A stretch of DNA of 64,000 nucleotides from Octopus vulgaris (GCA_951406725.2 OX597836.1:10664001-10728000); one strand, 5' to 3'; positions 41,657 through 55,392 are shown, counted from the stretch's first letter. Notes: generated by a model from the letters alone, not told the origin. Made by a program: numbers and translations.

Positions 41657-42999
41657 CATCTGAGGATGTGCCTGCGATATCAGAACAGGATCGTGATTAA
41701 ACAACAACAACAACAACAACAAAAGCAGCACCAGTTTTATTTCTTTTAGTTGTAGTAGCAGCAGTAATAGCAATTATTAATATTTATATTTTGCTCGATT
41801 TTTCTCCTCTTTATATTTGTTATTGCCAGCTTCTTCACGATGCAAGCATTTTCTTCACCTCACCGTAGTCTCTTCGCATACACACATTGTTCTGTGTAAG
41901 CCGTTAGATAAGGTGTTTGTTTTACGTATCGCTATATGTGGCTAATAATATAACTAAATGCAACATAATTAATCTTGTAGAATACAGCAGAGCAGAGAAT
42001 AGCAGAGCAGAATTAATGAGTATATCGGCTACCTAAGACATGTATTACTTGAAAGAAAAAAAGAGAAAGAAAGAAAAAATGTAATGAAAATGAGGATGCA
42101 GTCGTGCTCAAGTGTGTTAATTAAAAATTTAAAATTTAAAAGCAGTGATAAGAAAATAGTTTGAGATTATAAGAATGTTCTTGTTCTTTTTTTTGTACCG
42201 TGAATCAGACGCTGAGAAACTTGCAGAAGGTGTGAGAATTCAAGAAGAAATAAGCACCATGGAAAATAAATGGCCAACATCAAAATGTTAAAATAAAATC
42301 ATTTACCAAAATAAAAAAAAAAAAAAGAATGAAAAGCAAGTAATTTCAAGAAGGAGGAAAGAAAGATAATAAAGAAGAAGAAGAAGAAAAAAAAATGGCG
42401 AGATTTCATTTTTACGAGTGACTACAGTTTTACTTCGTGCTAATTTCCTTCTAAATTATTTGTCGAAATCAATACTGCATAATTTTTATTTACGTTTCGT
42501 TTTATTTTGTATAGTTTGTTGTTTTTTAGCATGAATTTCCTTTTAAATTAGTAGTCATATTAAATTGATATTAGCAGCGCGGTTGTCATTGATGTGCTTA
42601 GATGTTAATTAGCGCTAACAGACTTGCTCATCAATCGGCATTTTCATTTGTAACCTTGTTGCCGTATGGGAACGTAGATTTAAGTACTTTAGTATAGCTG
42701 TTCACGAAAAAAATGTCCGCCATATAATCCATGCTTTTCAGTCTCTCTCGTTTTCGTTTTCTTCTCTACCAAATTTGAATATTTGATAGAAACTGTTTCT
42801 CTAATTTCTGTACTCAACAGAGAATATTTAGCAATCGTGTAAAAGTGATTAAGTTAATAATTTAGAAACACGGTGTTAAGATGAGAACAACAGCGACATA
42901 TCATTTAGTGATTTAACATATAAACCACCCAACGTTCTATAAACCTCGAGCACGCACGCAAGTACACATGTACTGCGCACTCTTCTGCGACATTCCATG

Positions 43000-43290
43000 G
43001 GGGGAATTCCAACCACGTTTCGTGGTTCGCTACCTAAAATCGCTCCTTTATAGACTCCAGTGGCTAAAGACATCATCACGAGGAACCACGTCCGGTTTCG
43101 GTCCCTACTCCTCTACCGTTTTTGACGTGATGGGCTCCCCACCCCTTCGGAGGTGTCTTCAGCTCTGGTGTTGTGTGCATTTTTTTCTTTCTCCTTTTTT
43201 TCTTTCATTCTTTGGTTTGTTCGATGCAGCGTCAACGAATGTCAGTGGGCGAATGACCATCCTGCCAAATCTCCCTTTAAATACTTGCTG
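43000..43290 (-). mobile_element. Second copy of the 21815-22105 repeat
   Basis: GAGGAACCACGTCCGGTTTCGGTCCC and CTCCCTTTAAATAC are shared. Confidence 0.7.
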
Positions 43291-43638
43291 GTAGGCTCCA
43301 GCACCAGCTGTCATGTGACAGTGCCTAAGCTTTAACTGACTAATGGAGGGAAAGACGCGTAGTTTTGGCCTGCGCCCTCTCTAAACCTGCCTTCCAACAG
43401 TGTCGTGTGAGTTAATTTGTTCCCGGAGACCTCTCGTAAAGCGAAAACTCGTAAAGCAGAGTCATAATTTCCCATAGTAGCAATGTTATAAATCCTAATT
43501 CCATCCCAGAGAAATATTTTACCTATAAAATTTATCACACTCATAAATAAATATCAACAACAGTAGAATGTAAAGAATATTTTTAATGTAAAATAAAAAG
43601 AATGTCAAGATCATTTATAATAAAAAATATTATTATTA

Positions 43639-44200
43639 TTGGGTTGTCCGGAAAGTTCGTGCCGTTTTTAAAGGAAAGAAAATACTCAATAACTTGCCAT
43701 TACATTTTAAATCAACCAAATATGAACCATTTTGTTGCACAATGCGTCTCCATCTTTCCTTTAACTTGAAAATACCCTCTTCCCAGAATTGAGGTGGTTT
43801 CAAGGCAAAGAATTCATCAAGGTATCTTTTTACGTCATCCAAGGAATTGAAATTTTTACCATTAAGACTATTCTGCAAAAACCTGAATAAGTGGAGATCA
43901 AAAGGAGCAATATCTGATGAACATGGAGGGTGGGGTAACACATCCCAGCCGAGCTGTAGCAATTTTTGTCTGGTTCTCAAAGCATCAAGTGCCGAAAATG
44001 AACTTTCTTATCTTCCATTTTAAAGGGTTACAGAATTAACACAGGTTATAGGAACATAAACCTTCTTCCACGAAAAGATAGCTTAAACTGTGTTCTAAAT
44101 GGAGATGTAGTCAAATCCTATTTTATGGACTCAACCATGTTCTGAAATAAGTCGAAAGGTAAGCTACTATAAATCGGCACGAACTTTCCAGACAACCCAA
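43639..44200 (-). mobile_element. Internally deleted mariner element, 562 bp, with TA TSD
   Basis: TIRs TTGGGTTGTCCGGAAAGTTCGTGCCG / CGGCACGAACTTTCCAGACAACCCAA, flanked by TA on both sides. Confidence 0.95.
43708..44018 (-). pseudogene. Mariner transposase remnant: N-terminus MEDKKVHFRHLM joined out of frame to the C-terminus
   Basis: LGWDVLPHPPCSSDIAPFDLHLF is a degenerate YSPDLAPSD motif, followed by FWEEGIFKLKERWRRIVQQNGSY. The HTH and most of the DDD domain are missing. Confidence 0.9.
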
Positions 44201-45307
44201 TATCGTTTTCTGAATCATTTTCACTCACACTAGATTCGCGCACACCATCACTAGTAGACGTGATCACCGATTTAGAAGCGCTGGTAGACGGACTCGTTGT
44301 TTGCTTCGAAGAAGCTATTTTTCGCTCTATAAAATTCTCGGTAACACGAAGAAGCATTTGTTATGGTAGTAGGAACTTTTGCGCTTCGTTTAGAATTTGA
44401 ATTTTGTGCCTCAAAAATTTCAGCTCACCGTACTAAAATGAGCTGCAAGATAAAACTCGCAAACCCGGGCTCTCGTAAAGCGGATTCTCATAATGTGAGG
44501 TATCACTATTCGAAAATTATTTACGATTACAATTGGGAATGCGTTGAACAGTTCAAATCCCGGAAGAATTATAGATTTGAAAAAAAAAAACCCAAACAAG
44601 TGCATGGAAATCGATGTATGACAGGTGTATCTAATTAAGAAAAAAGAAAGTAATTGATTTTATGAATTACAAAAAAAATGAGGTGGCAACATGTGTATGT
44701 ATGTATGCATGTATGTATGTATGCATGTATGTATGCATGTATGTATGTATGTATGCCATTGTTTAGTTTTGTATGTTTGTGTGCATGTACGTGTGTATGT
44801 ATGTATGTATGTACGTGTGTATGCATGTGTGTATGTATGAATGTATGCATGTACGTATATATGTATATACGTATGTATGCATGTATGTCATTGTTCAGTT
44901 TTATTTTAATATTTCGTTCCAATAGAGAAAGAATAGGTTTCTAACCAAGATCCAAGGTTCCATCATTGGAATTTCAACATCATTAACAGGGTAATTTTGT
45001 ATGTATGTATGTATGTATGTATGTATGTATGTATGTATGTATGTATGTATGTATGTATGTATGTATGCACGTAGGGTGGCGAGCTGGCAGAATCGTTTGC
45101 ACACCGGGTAAAATGCTTAATTGTATTTTGTCCGTCTTTATGTTCTGAGTTCAAATTCTGCCGAGATTGAGTTTGCTTTTCATCCTTTCAGACTCGATAA
45201 AATAAATACCAGTTGACTTGACCAGTCGACTTGACCAGTCGGCTGAACTTGCTGGCCTTGTGACGAAGTTTGAAACCAATATATGTATGTATTTAACTAT
45301 GTATGTT

Positions 45308-46400
45308 TTATTTTCTCTCCCTGTTTCTTTCTGTGTTCCTTTCTGTGGAAGAGCGTAGGCTCGAAACGTTAAAGACTTTTTCCCTTCCCGAGCGTTAAAC
45401 TAATACATCTGTTTGTTGTCTACACCACCTGTCTTCGTCTTTTCTTTTCTTTTTGTGAATTCCCCCCCTGCATAGCAAGTGACCATATCTGAGATCGTGT
45501 GCTAGAACGAAAACAATTGCAGCGTGGAAGGTGTTTAGAAGCCATTTAAGAAACGCACAAAAACCGTTAGATTCACTTCAACATTTAAGTTTAATTTGCG
45601 ACGAAAATATTTTGGCAAATTAAATGTAAATGTTGAAGTGAATCTAACGGTTTTTGTGTGTTTCTTAAATGGCTTATAAACACCTTCCACGCTGCAATGT
45701 TTATACATGTTCTGTTTTGTTCTCCCTGCTAGGAAGAAGATGGTTTCTAACAAAGATACAAAACTCGTTGAAATGAAAGTAATAAAACCAATGTCACATT
45801 TTAAACTTGAAGAAATCTTGCATATTTTTACTGCTCCACTGATAGATTGTGTTTGCAATGTACCAATTACCAAAGCGGTGAGCTGGTAGAAACGTTAGCA
45901 CGCCGGGTGAAATGCTTAGCGGTATTTCATCTGCCGTTACGTTCTGAGTTCAAATTCCGCAGAGGTCGACTTTGCCTTTCATCCTTTCGGGGTCGATAAA
46001 TTAAGTACCAGTTACGCACTGAGGTCGATGTAATCGACTTAATCCGTTTGTCTGTTCTTGTTTGTCCCCTCACACACACAGATATATATATATATATATA
46101 GGGGAACATTCAGAAAAAAAAAAACAAAAGATGAAGACGTGGTGTAGACAACAAACAGATGTATTAGTTTAACGCTTGGGAAGTGAAACAGTCTTTAACG
46201 TTTCGAGCCTATTCTCTTCCACTCAAAGGAACACAGAAAGAAACAAGGAGAGAAAATAAAGAATGTGTAGTTGTTAGCGATCTATCATGGCGAATGCCGG
46301 ATAGAGGGGTCACACAGGAGAGCTAAGAAGAAGGGGAGATAATAAAGTAGTAGTGATCCCAAAACGAATAAGCGCGCGCGTGTGCATAAGCGAGCATGTA
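45308..46400. mobile_element. Cluster of Penelope-like terminal repeat fragments (+ 45308-45465, foldback 45516-45698, minus 46100-46400) with a family A SINE at 45874-46070
   Basis: GAAGAGCGTAGGCTCGAAACGTTAAAGAC and TAAACTAATACATCTGTTTGTTGTCTACACCAC occur in both orientations. Further copies lie at ~10527-10625 and 50833-50982. Confidence 0.65.
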
Positions 46401-46562
46401 TGTGCGTGTGGAAGAGGGCTGGTGATCTTGACGTGTGCGTGTGTGTATATGTATACATACATACACGCACACACAGAGCTATATAAGAATATATATATAT
46501 ACATATATGGTAAAAGAAAGACAGAAGATGGAATATACGAGAATTTATTATTAATTTTATGT

Positions 46563-46636
<74 letters not shown>

Positions 46637-46641
<5 letters not shown>

Positions 46642-46728
46642 CATAGCTCAGTCGGTAGAGCATCAGACTTTTATAGGTCAACCTTAGAAGTAATCTGAGG
46701 GTCGCGGGTTCGAGTCCCTCTGCGGGCG
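46637..46728 (+). tRNA. tRNA-Lys(UUU) with a 19-nt canonical intron (46674-46692), probable pseudogene
   Basis: TAGCTCAGTCGGTAGAGCA D arm, TCAGA-CTTTTA-[intron]-A-TCTGA anticodon arm, GGGTTCGAGTCCC T arm and 3' TGCGGGCG. The first three 5' bases are TAT instead of GCC, and there is no oligo-T terminator nearby. Confidence 0.9.
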
Positions 46729-46733
46729 TATGA

Positions 46734-46764
<31 letters not shown>

Positions 46765-46849
46765 GCAATAATAATTCTCTAAATGAGTTATAGACAGTGA
46801 CTGCTCCGTAATATAAGGGATATTTAGCCATATTCGGTTGGCTAATATC

Positions 46850-46888
<39 letters not shown>

Positions 46889-47414
46889 CTATATATACAT
46901 ATGTACACACACTCACACACACACATATATATACATACAAATATATATTATATATATATATGCAAACACATATAGATACAGATACATGTGTGTGTGCATA
47001 CACACACACACACATATACGCGTGTGTGTATGTGTGCGTGTGCGTGTGCGTGTGCGTGAGCGTGTGGAATTCTGAAAACAACATCATAAAAACAGTTAAA
47101 AATCCCTTCAAAAACGATCCTGTTATCGGGTCTGAATCTCAGAAAATTAGAGAATTAAATCCCTAAAAAATTAATGATTTAACATAAACAAGAATCTTGG
47201 CGAGAAATTGCGATCCAAATTCAAAGCGATAGATTTTTGTAAGATACACATCGACTCGTGTTAAAAGAGAGAAAAAAAAATGGTTTGTAAACCGAGAAGT
47301 GTAAATAAATAAAAACCTATACTTTTTTTCAGTTTATTTCACTTCTTGTTTATTCTCTAAAGTGTGAGGTTAACCATTTCCTTCATTGTAGATACATATC
47401 CTACATTATATATA

Positions 47415-47646
47415 CTATTTCTTTACTACCCACAAGGGGCTAAACACAGAGGGGACAAACAAGGACAGACAAACGGATTAAGTCGATTATATCGACACCA
47501 GTGCGTAACTGGTACTTAATTTATCGACCTCGAAAGGATGAAAGGCAAAGTCGACCTCGGCGGAATTTGAACTCAGAACGTAGCGGCAGACGAAATACCG
47601 CTAAGTATTCCACCTAGCGTGCTAACGTTTCTGCCAGCTCGCCGCC
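47415..47646 (-). mobile_element. SINE family A, full-length monomer
   Basis: Near-perfect reverse complement of the family A sequence. Confidence 0.92.
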
Positions 47647-47749
47647 CTACATTATATATACACACGCACACACACATACACACACACACACACACACACG
47701 TGCGCGCGCATACACACACGTGCGCATGCGCATACACACACGCGCGCGC

Positions 47750-48180
47750 GCAATCCACTTACAAGGCTTTGGCCGGCCTGACGATACAGTAGAAGACACT
47801 TGTCCAAGGTTCCACGCAGTGGGTTCAGTCCCACCGAGTGGCACCTTGGACATGTGTCTTCTACAGTAGCCTCTGGTTGACCAAAGCCTTGTGAGTGAAT
47901 TTGGTAGATGGAAACTGAATGAAGCCCGTCGTACATATATGTATATATATATGTATGTGAGTATATGTTTGTGTCAGTGTGTTTGTCCTCTACAACATCG
48001 CTTGATAACCGATGTTGGTGCGTTTACGTCCTCGTAACTAAGCGGTTCAACAAAAAAGATTGATAGAATAGGTATTAGACTTACAAAGAATAAGTCTTGA
48101 TGTCGATTTGCTCGACTAAAGGCGGTGCTCCAGCATGGCCGAAGTGAAATCACTTAAACAAGTAAAAAAAATAAAAGAAT
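47750..48180. mobile_element. Family B fragments fused head to head (minus 47750-47822, + 47822-48180)
   Basis: ..CCACGCAGTGGG|TTCAGTCCCAC.. junction at the B box. Confidence 0.8.
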
Positions 48181-48280
48181 ATATATACATATATACATAC
48201 GTGTGCATATGTATGTGTGTGTGCGCGGGGGTCATATATTTATACGTATATATTTATTACATATATATATATATATATTC

Positions 48281-48330
<50 letters not shown>

Positions 48331-48831
48331 TTATTTATTTATTTATATATATATTCATATATATATATATATATATTCATTTATATATATATATTCGTAT
48401 ATATATATATTCGTATATATATATATATATATATACATACATACATACATGTATATATGTATATATATATATATGAAAGAGAGTGATTTTGGGATAGAAA
48501 TATACAAGAGGAAGAGAGAAAGAAAGAGAAAGAGAATAAAATGATATCAAATGCAGACACACACACTCACACACACATACACACACACACACACACACAT
48601 TGTCTCCGTATATGGCAGTGTTCATGCCAGTGTGTATATGTGTGCAATTTACACGTGCAAGTCAACCAGTGCATTCTTTTGTTTTGGCGGATAACATTTT
48701 TATACGTTTTCGCTTTTAATTCTCCATAATTTTGTGCCATGAATTTGGTTTTGTTTTGTTTTGTTTTGTGTGTTTTACGGAATTTGGATTTTGTACATCG
48801 AAAAGCACTTCAAGACAAATTTCTCCGTACA

Positions 48832-49823
48832 TCAACACCGCCACCACCGCCGCCGCCGCCGCCACCACCACCACCACCACCAGCATCGCCACTGCCACCA
48901 CCATCGTCACCATTAGCACGGAATACACCAACACTGAAAGCAGCAGCAGTAGTAGCAGCGGCAGCAGCAACAGCACCACCACCACCATTATCAATATCCT
49001 CTTCACAAGCATGACAACCGTTAGCACCACTGCGACGACGACGGCTACCACCACCACCTTCACCGCCACTACCACCAGAACCACCACCACAACTACCATC
49101 AGTATCGTCTTCACAACTATCATCACCATCACCATAGTAACCATCATCACCATCACCATAGTAACCATCATCTCTACCACCGCCACGACGACGACGACGA
49201 CGACCACCACCACCACCACCACCACAACCACCACTTCCACCACCACAGCCACCACTACCACCACCACCACCACCCCACACCACAACCACCACTACCACCA
49301 CCACCACCACCACCATCACTTCCACCACCACAACCACCACTACCACCACCACCACCACCACTTCCACCACCACAACCAGTAAGAAGAACACCAGCAGCAA
49401 GAAGAAGAGGAGGAAGGAGAAGAAGATGAAGAAAAAGAAGAAGAGGAAGAAGGAGAAGAAGAAGAAGAAGATGAAGAAGAAAAAGAAGAAGAGGAAGAAG
49501 GAGAAAAAGAAGATGAAGAAGAGGATGAAGAAGAAGAAGAGGATGAAGAAGAAGAAGAAGAGGAGGAAGAAGAAGAGGAAGAAGAAGATGTTGAAGAAGA
49601 AAAATAAGAGGATGCAGAAGAAGGAGAGGAGGAGGAGGAAGAAGAAGAGGATGAAGAAGAAGGAGAAGAAGAGGAAGAGTAGGAAGAAGAAGAAGAAGAA
49701 GAAAAAGAAGAGGAGGAAGAAGAAAAAGAAGAGGAGGAGGAGGAGGAAGAAGGAGAAGAAGAGGAGGAAGGAGGAGAAGAAGAAGAGGACAAAGAAGAAG
49801 AAGAAGAAGAGGAAGACGAAGAA

Positions 49824-49855
<32 letters not shown>

Positions 49856-50174
49856 GGAGGAGGAGGAAGAAGAAGCGGAGGAGGAGGAGGAGGAGGAAGA
49901 AGAAGCGGAGGAGGAGGAGGAGGAAGAAGAAGAAGAAGGAGAAGAAGAAGAAGAAGGAGAAGAAGAAGGAGAAGAAGATGGAGAAGAAGAAGAAGGAGAA
50001 GAAAAAGAAGGAGAACAAAAAGAAGGAGAACAAAAAGGAGAAGAGGATGAAGAAGGAGAAGAAGAAGAAGAAGAAGAAGAAGAAGAAGAAGAGGATGAAG
50101 AAGAAGAGGAAGATGAGGAAGAAGAAGAAGAAGAAGAAGAAGAAGAAGAAGGAGGAGGAGAAGAAGAAGGAGAA

Positions 50175-50221
<47 letters not shown>

Positions 50222-50355
50222 AGAAGAAGAAGAAGGAGGAAGAAGAAGAAGAAGAAGAAGAAGAAGGAAGAAGAAGGAGGAGGAGAAGAAGGAGAAGAAG
50301 AAGAAGAAGAAGAAGAAGAAGAAGAAGAAGAAGGAGGAAGAAGAAGAAGAAGAAG

Positions 50356-50387
<32 letters not shown>

Positions 50388-50490
50388 GAAGAAGAAGAAG
50401 AAAAAGTAGAAGAAGAACAACAGCAACAACACCAGCAACAAGGACAACAGCATTGGCCGTCGTAGCAGCGACAGTAACAGCAACAACATG
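48832..50490. repeat. (ACC)n followed by ~1 kb of (AAG/GAG)n polypurine and (AAC/AGC)n
   Basis: Directly visible. Confidence 0.95.
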
Positions 50491-50979
50491 AATGTATTTT
50501 TTTGACATTTGATGCAGCAAAACTTTGCAGAACGAAATAGGAAAGATTATTAGAATGAGTTTTAGGAAATTGAGACTCTGCGCTCTTTCAATTAATCACT
50601 TCATTCTTTCGTCTTTTATCTTTAATCTTGTATCTGCTTTAGTCACCGGGCAGCGACCTTGCTGGGGCACTGCCCTTCGAGGGTTTAGAGTCGAACAAAT
50701 CGAACCCTGTACGTGTTGCCTTTAAAAAAAAAAAAATACTTCTGGTATTTATGCTAACGTTCCTTTCTGCTGAGGCGAACTTCTAAGTCACGGGGTTGTA
50801 AACAAACCAACATATATATATAACGGGAAGCTTTATGAAGACGAAGGCAGGTGGAGTACAAACAAACAATTGTATTAGTATGGCGCTCAGGAATATAAAT
50901 AAAACAAATTTTTTACGTTTCGAGCCTACGCTCTTCAACAGAAAGATACACAGAAAAGAAACACGGAGAGAAACAACAC

Positions 50980-51780
<801 letters not shown>

Positions 51781-51798
51781 CACACAAACATACACACT

Positions 51799-51839
<41 letters not shown>

Positions 51840-51847
51840 ATTCTCTT

Positions 51848-52264
51848 TCTCTTTTTCTCTTTTACTTGTTTCAGTCATTTGACTGCGGCCATGCTGGAGC
51901 ACCATCTTTAATCGAGCAAACTCGACCCCGGGACTTATTCTTTGTAAGCCCAGTACTTATTCTATCGGTCTCTTTTGCCGAACCGCTAAGTGACGGGGAC
52001 ATAAACACACCAACATCGGTTGTCAAGCAATACTAGGGGGACAAACACAGACACACAAACACACACACGCATATATATATATATATATATATACATATAC
52101 CCGACGGGCTTCTTTCAGTTTCCGTCTACCAAATCCACTCACAAGGCTTTGGTCGGTCCGAGGCTATAGTAGAAGACACTTGCCCAAGGTGCCGCGCAGT
52201 GGGACTGAACTCGGAACCATGTGGTTCGTAAGCAAGCTACTTAAAACACAACCACTCCTACGCC
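51848..52264 (-). mobile_element. SINE family B, full length
   Basis: Reverse complement of 11894-12312. Further minus-strand copies lie at 52342-52500 and 53128-53520. Confidence 0.92.
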
Positions 52265-53544
52265 TATATATAATATGTGTGTGTGCTTGTATATTATATG
52301 CATAGATACATAAATACATCACACACACACACACACACACATACGATGGGCTTCTTTCTGTTTCCGTCTACAAGGCTTTGGTCGGCCCGAGGTTATAGTA
52401 GATGGCATTTGACTTGGTCAATTTGTCACGCAGTGGGCTTGAACCCGGAACCATGTGGTTGGGCAGTTAGCTTCGTATCACACAGTCACGACTGCGCCTG
52501 GTTTTGTAAATATGATTACCTGTAAATTTGCATGCAATACCTACAAATAGGAGTAAGATGGAGAGAGAGAGAGAGAGAGATAAGGATATAAGGAGAGAGA
52601 GAGAGAGAGCGATTTGAATAGCCAAGAAGACAGAAGAAAGAAGGGAGATTACGGAAGAGCAACATAGGAAGAGAAAAGGAGCTAACGAGATAAGAAGAAG
52701 CAAAACGGATGAGAATGTGATAGCTGATAATCTGGTCTAGCTAATCTCGATGTTAATTCATTTGATCTACGTCTTGTGTGTCGCTAAAGCTGTTCTTTGC
52801 ACAGTTGCAATGGCCGACTATTTGCGCCTTTCTTATTCTCCCTCTCTCGATTTCTCTGCCTCACTCGCGCCCTCTCTCTCCATCTCTCCCACTTTCTCTT
52901 CCTCCCTCTTTCGCTCGCAATGTCGTTGTTAATCATAGACTCATATGTATTTCTGTATTCCGTGCTTCAACAAGTGTCTTAAGTTGTTTGGCTTTGGTGT
53001 CGTTGATCCAAACTACACTCAATTAGAAATTATATCCTCTTAACGTGTTTGCGGTAATAGCGTAGCTACACCGACTTACAGTCGTGAGATCGAATCTGGT
53101 TAACCATTTCATAGAATCCTCTTTTCTATTTACTCTTTTACTTGCTTCAGTCATTTGACTCTGGCCATGTCGGAGCACCGCCTTAAAGGTGTTTTAGTCG
53201 AACAAATCGACCCCAGCACATATTCTTTGTAAGCCTAGTACTTATTCTATCGGTCTTCTTTGCCGAACCGCTAAGTTACGGAGACGTAAGCACACCAACA
53301 TCGGTTGTCGAGCGATAGTAGGAGCACAAACACAAAGACGTACACGCATAAATATATACATATATATACGACGGGCTTCTTTCAGTTTCCGTTTACGAAA
53401 TCCACTCACAAGGCTTTGGTCGGCCCGAGTCTACAATAGAAGACAATGTGCCAGGCAGTGAGAGTGAACCCGGAACCATATGGTTATGAAGCAAGCTTCT
53501 TACCACACAGATACGCCTACGCCATGATTTATAATTCTATAATA

Positions 53545-54130
53545 TTTTCTGCTACAAGCACAAAAGAATTTTCGGGGGAGGGGACTAGTGGATTTCATCG
53601 ACTCCCATTTCTCAACTGGTACTTATTTTATCGACCACGAAAAGATGAAAACAAAGTCGTCCTCAGCTGAATTTGATCTCAGATCGTGAAGACGGACGAA
53701 ATTCCGTTACGCATTTTGTCCGGCCGGCTAACGCTTCTATCAGTCCGCCGCCTTAGATTTCTGATTCAGTAATGCTCGAAAATGGATTTGTTGTTATTGT
53801 TATTGTCAAGTTTGACAACGAATAAACCAGTACTTTCCAAACGAGAAGCACTTGTCTGAAGGGAGAAGAATTTCAAATCGCAATGGGAAAATATTTGGTT
53901 TCAATTTCTGACGCGAGGCCAGCAATTTTTTTTTTGGAGGGGTGTAAGTTGATTACATCGATTTCAATGATCTAATCTGTATTCATTTTATCGACTTCAA
54001 AAAGTTGAAAGGAACTTTAAAAAAAAACAAAAAAAACTGTAATACAACCGAATTTGAACTCAGAATGCAAAGACTAATGAAATACCGCTACGGACTTTTT
54101 TACCGGTGTGCTAACGATTCTGCCAACTCG
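53545..54130 (-). mobile_element. Two old family A copies
   Basis: TTTTATCGAC..GAATTTGA(T/A)CTCAGA motifs at ~53630-53680 and ~53990-54065. Confidence 0.7.
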
Positions 54131-54391
54131 AGGTTTTAGAAAAAGAAGAATTATTAACCAGAGAAGGAATTGAGAGGAAATTTCAGTCATTTTTGATTCT
54201 CCCCTTATGTTCCCATGCATCATTCACACGTAACTATTCTAGACAACACATGCCAAAACTCCATTATTTCCATGGATACAGGCCTTAAAACCATCCTCCA
54301 ATGGACGTAGAAAGAAATCACAAATGCAACTCATGTCACGAAAACAACATCGCACCAGACATCCCTTTCTCATGAGTAAAGCAATAAATGG

Positions 54392-54777
54392 GTGGAGGCG
54401 CAATGGCCCAGTGGTTAGGGCAGCGGACTCGCGGTCGTAGGATCGCTGTTTCGATTCCCAGACCGGGCATTGTGAGTGTTTATTGAGCGAAAACACCTAA
54501 AGCTTCACGAGGCTGCGGCAGGGGGTGGTGGTGAACCCTGCTGTACTCTTTCACCACAACTTTCTCTCACTCTTTCTTCCTGTTTCTGCTGTACCTGTAT
54601 TTCAAAGGGCCGGCCTTGTCACACTCTGTGTCACGCTGAATCTCCTCGAGAACTACGTTAAGGGTACACGTGTCTGTGGAGTGCTCAGCCACTTGCACGT
54701 TAATTCCACGAACAAGCTGTTCCGTTGATCGTATCGGCTGGGACCCTCATCGTCGCAACCGACGGAGTGCTCCTCCT
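54392..54777 (+). mobile_element. SINE family C, tail type 1, full length with a 12-bp TSD
   Basis: TSD AGCAATAAATGG (54380-54391) / AGCAATAGATGG (54778-54789). Confidence 0.93.
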
Positions 54778-54952
54778 AGCAATAGATGGAACGTTCTTGA
54801 GCTGGAACGTTCACCATTCGTTGAAATGTTGGGCTTCATTATCTTTCAGGATCTCTTTTGGCAAAAAGTACATCCTTAACGTAAACATTTGTGCATTTGT
54901 GATTTCTTTCTGTCCATTGGAGGATGGTTTTAAGGCCTGTATCAATGGAAAC

Positions 54953-55107
54953 GAGTGGCTGTCTGGTAAGTAGCTTGCTTACCAGCCACATGGTTCCGGG
55001 TTCAGTCCCACTACGTGGCATCTTGGGCAAGTGTTTTCTGCTATAGCCCCGGGCCGACCAATGCCTTGTGAGTGGATTTGGTAGACGGAAACTGAAAGAA
55101 GCCTGTC

Positions 55108-55165
<58 letters not shown>

Positions 55166-55392
55166 TTGTGTGTCTGTGTTTGTTCCCCTAGCATTGCTTG
55201 ACAACCGATGCTGGTGTGTTTACGTCCCCGTCACTTAGCGGTTCGGCAAAAAGAGACCGATAGAATAAGTACTGGGCTTACAAAGAATAAGTCCCAGGGT
55301 CGATTTGCTCGACTAAAGGCGGTGCCCCAGCATGGCCGCAGTCAAATGACTGAAACAAGTAAAAGAGAAAAAGAGAGAGAAAAAAAAGAGAG
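54953..55392 (+). mobile_element. SINE family B, near full length
   Basis: Colinear with 11894-12312. Confidence 0.92.

Larger units (their letters stand above)
43400..44510. mobile_element. Old pogo/Tigger-like element hosting the mariner insertion
   Basis: CTCGTAAAGC subterminal motifs at ~43432, ~43448 and ~44473, and the terminus-like GAGGTATCACT. Confidence 0.4.

Noticed and set aside
48732-50520. Long ORFs (559, 421, 320 and 216 aa) and a poly-Glu frame
   Set aside because: They are trinucleotide repeat translations. The Glu frame contains TAA and TAG stops, and no domain is evident.
54392-54465. SINE heads as genuine tRNA genes
   Set aside because: They lack a complete acceptor stem and are always attached to SINE bodies.
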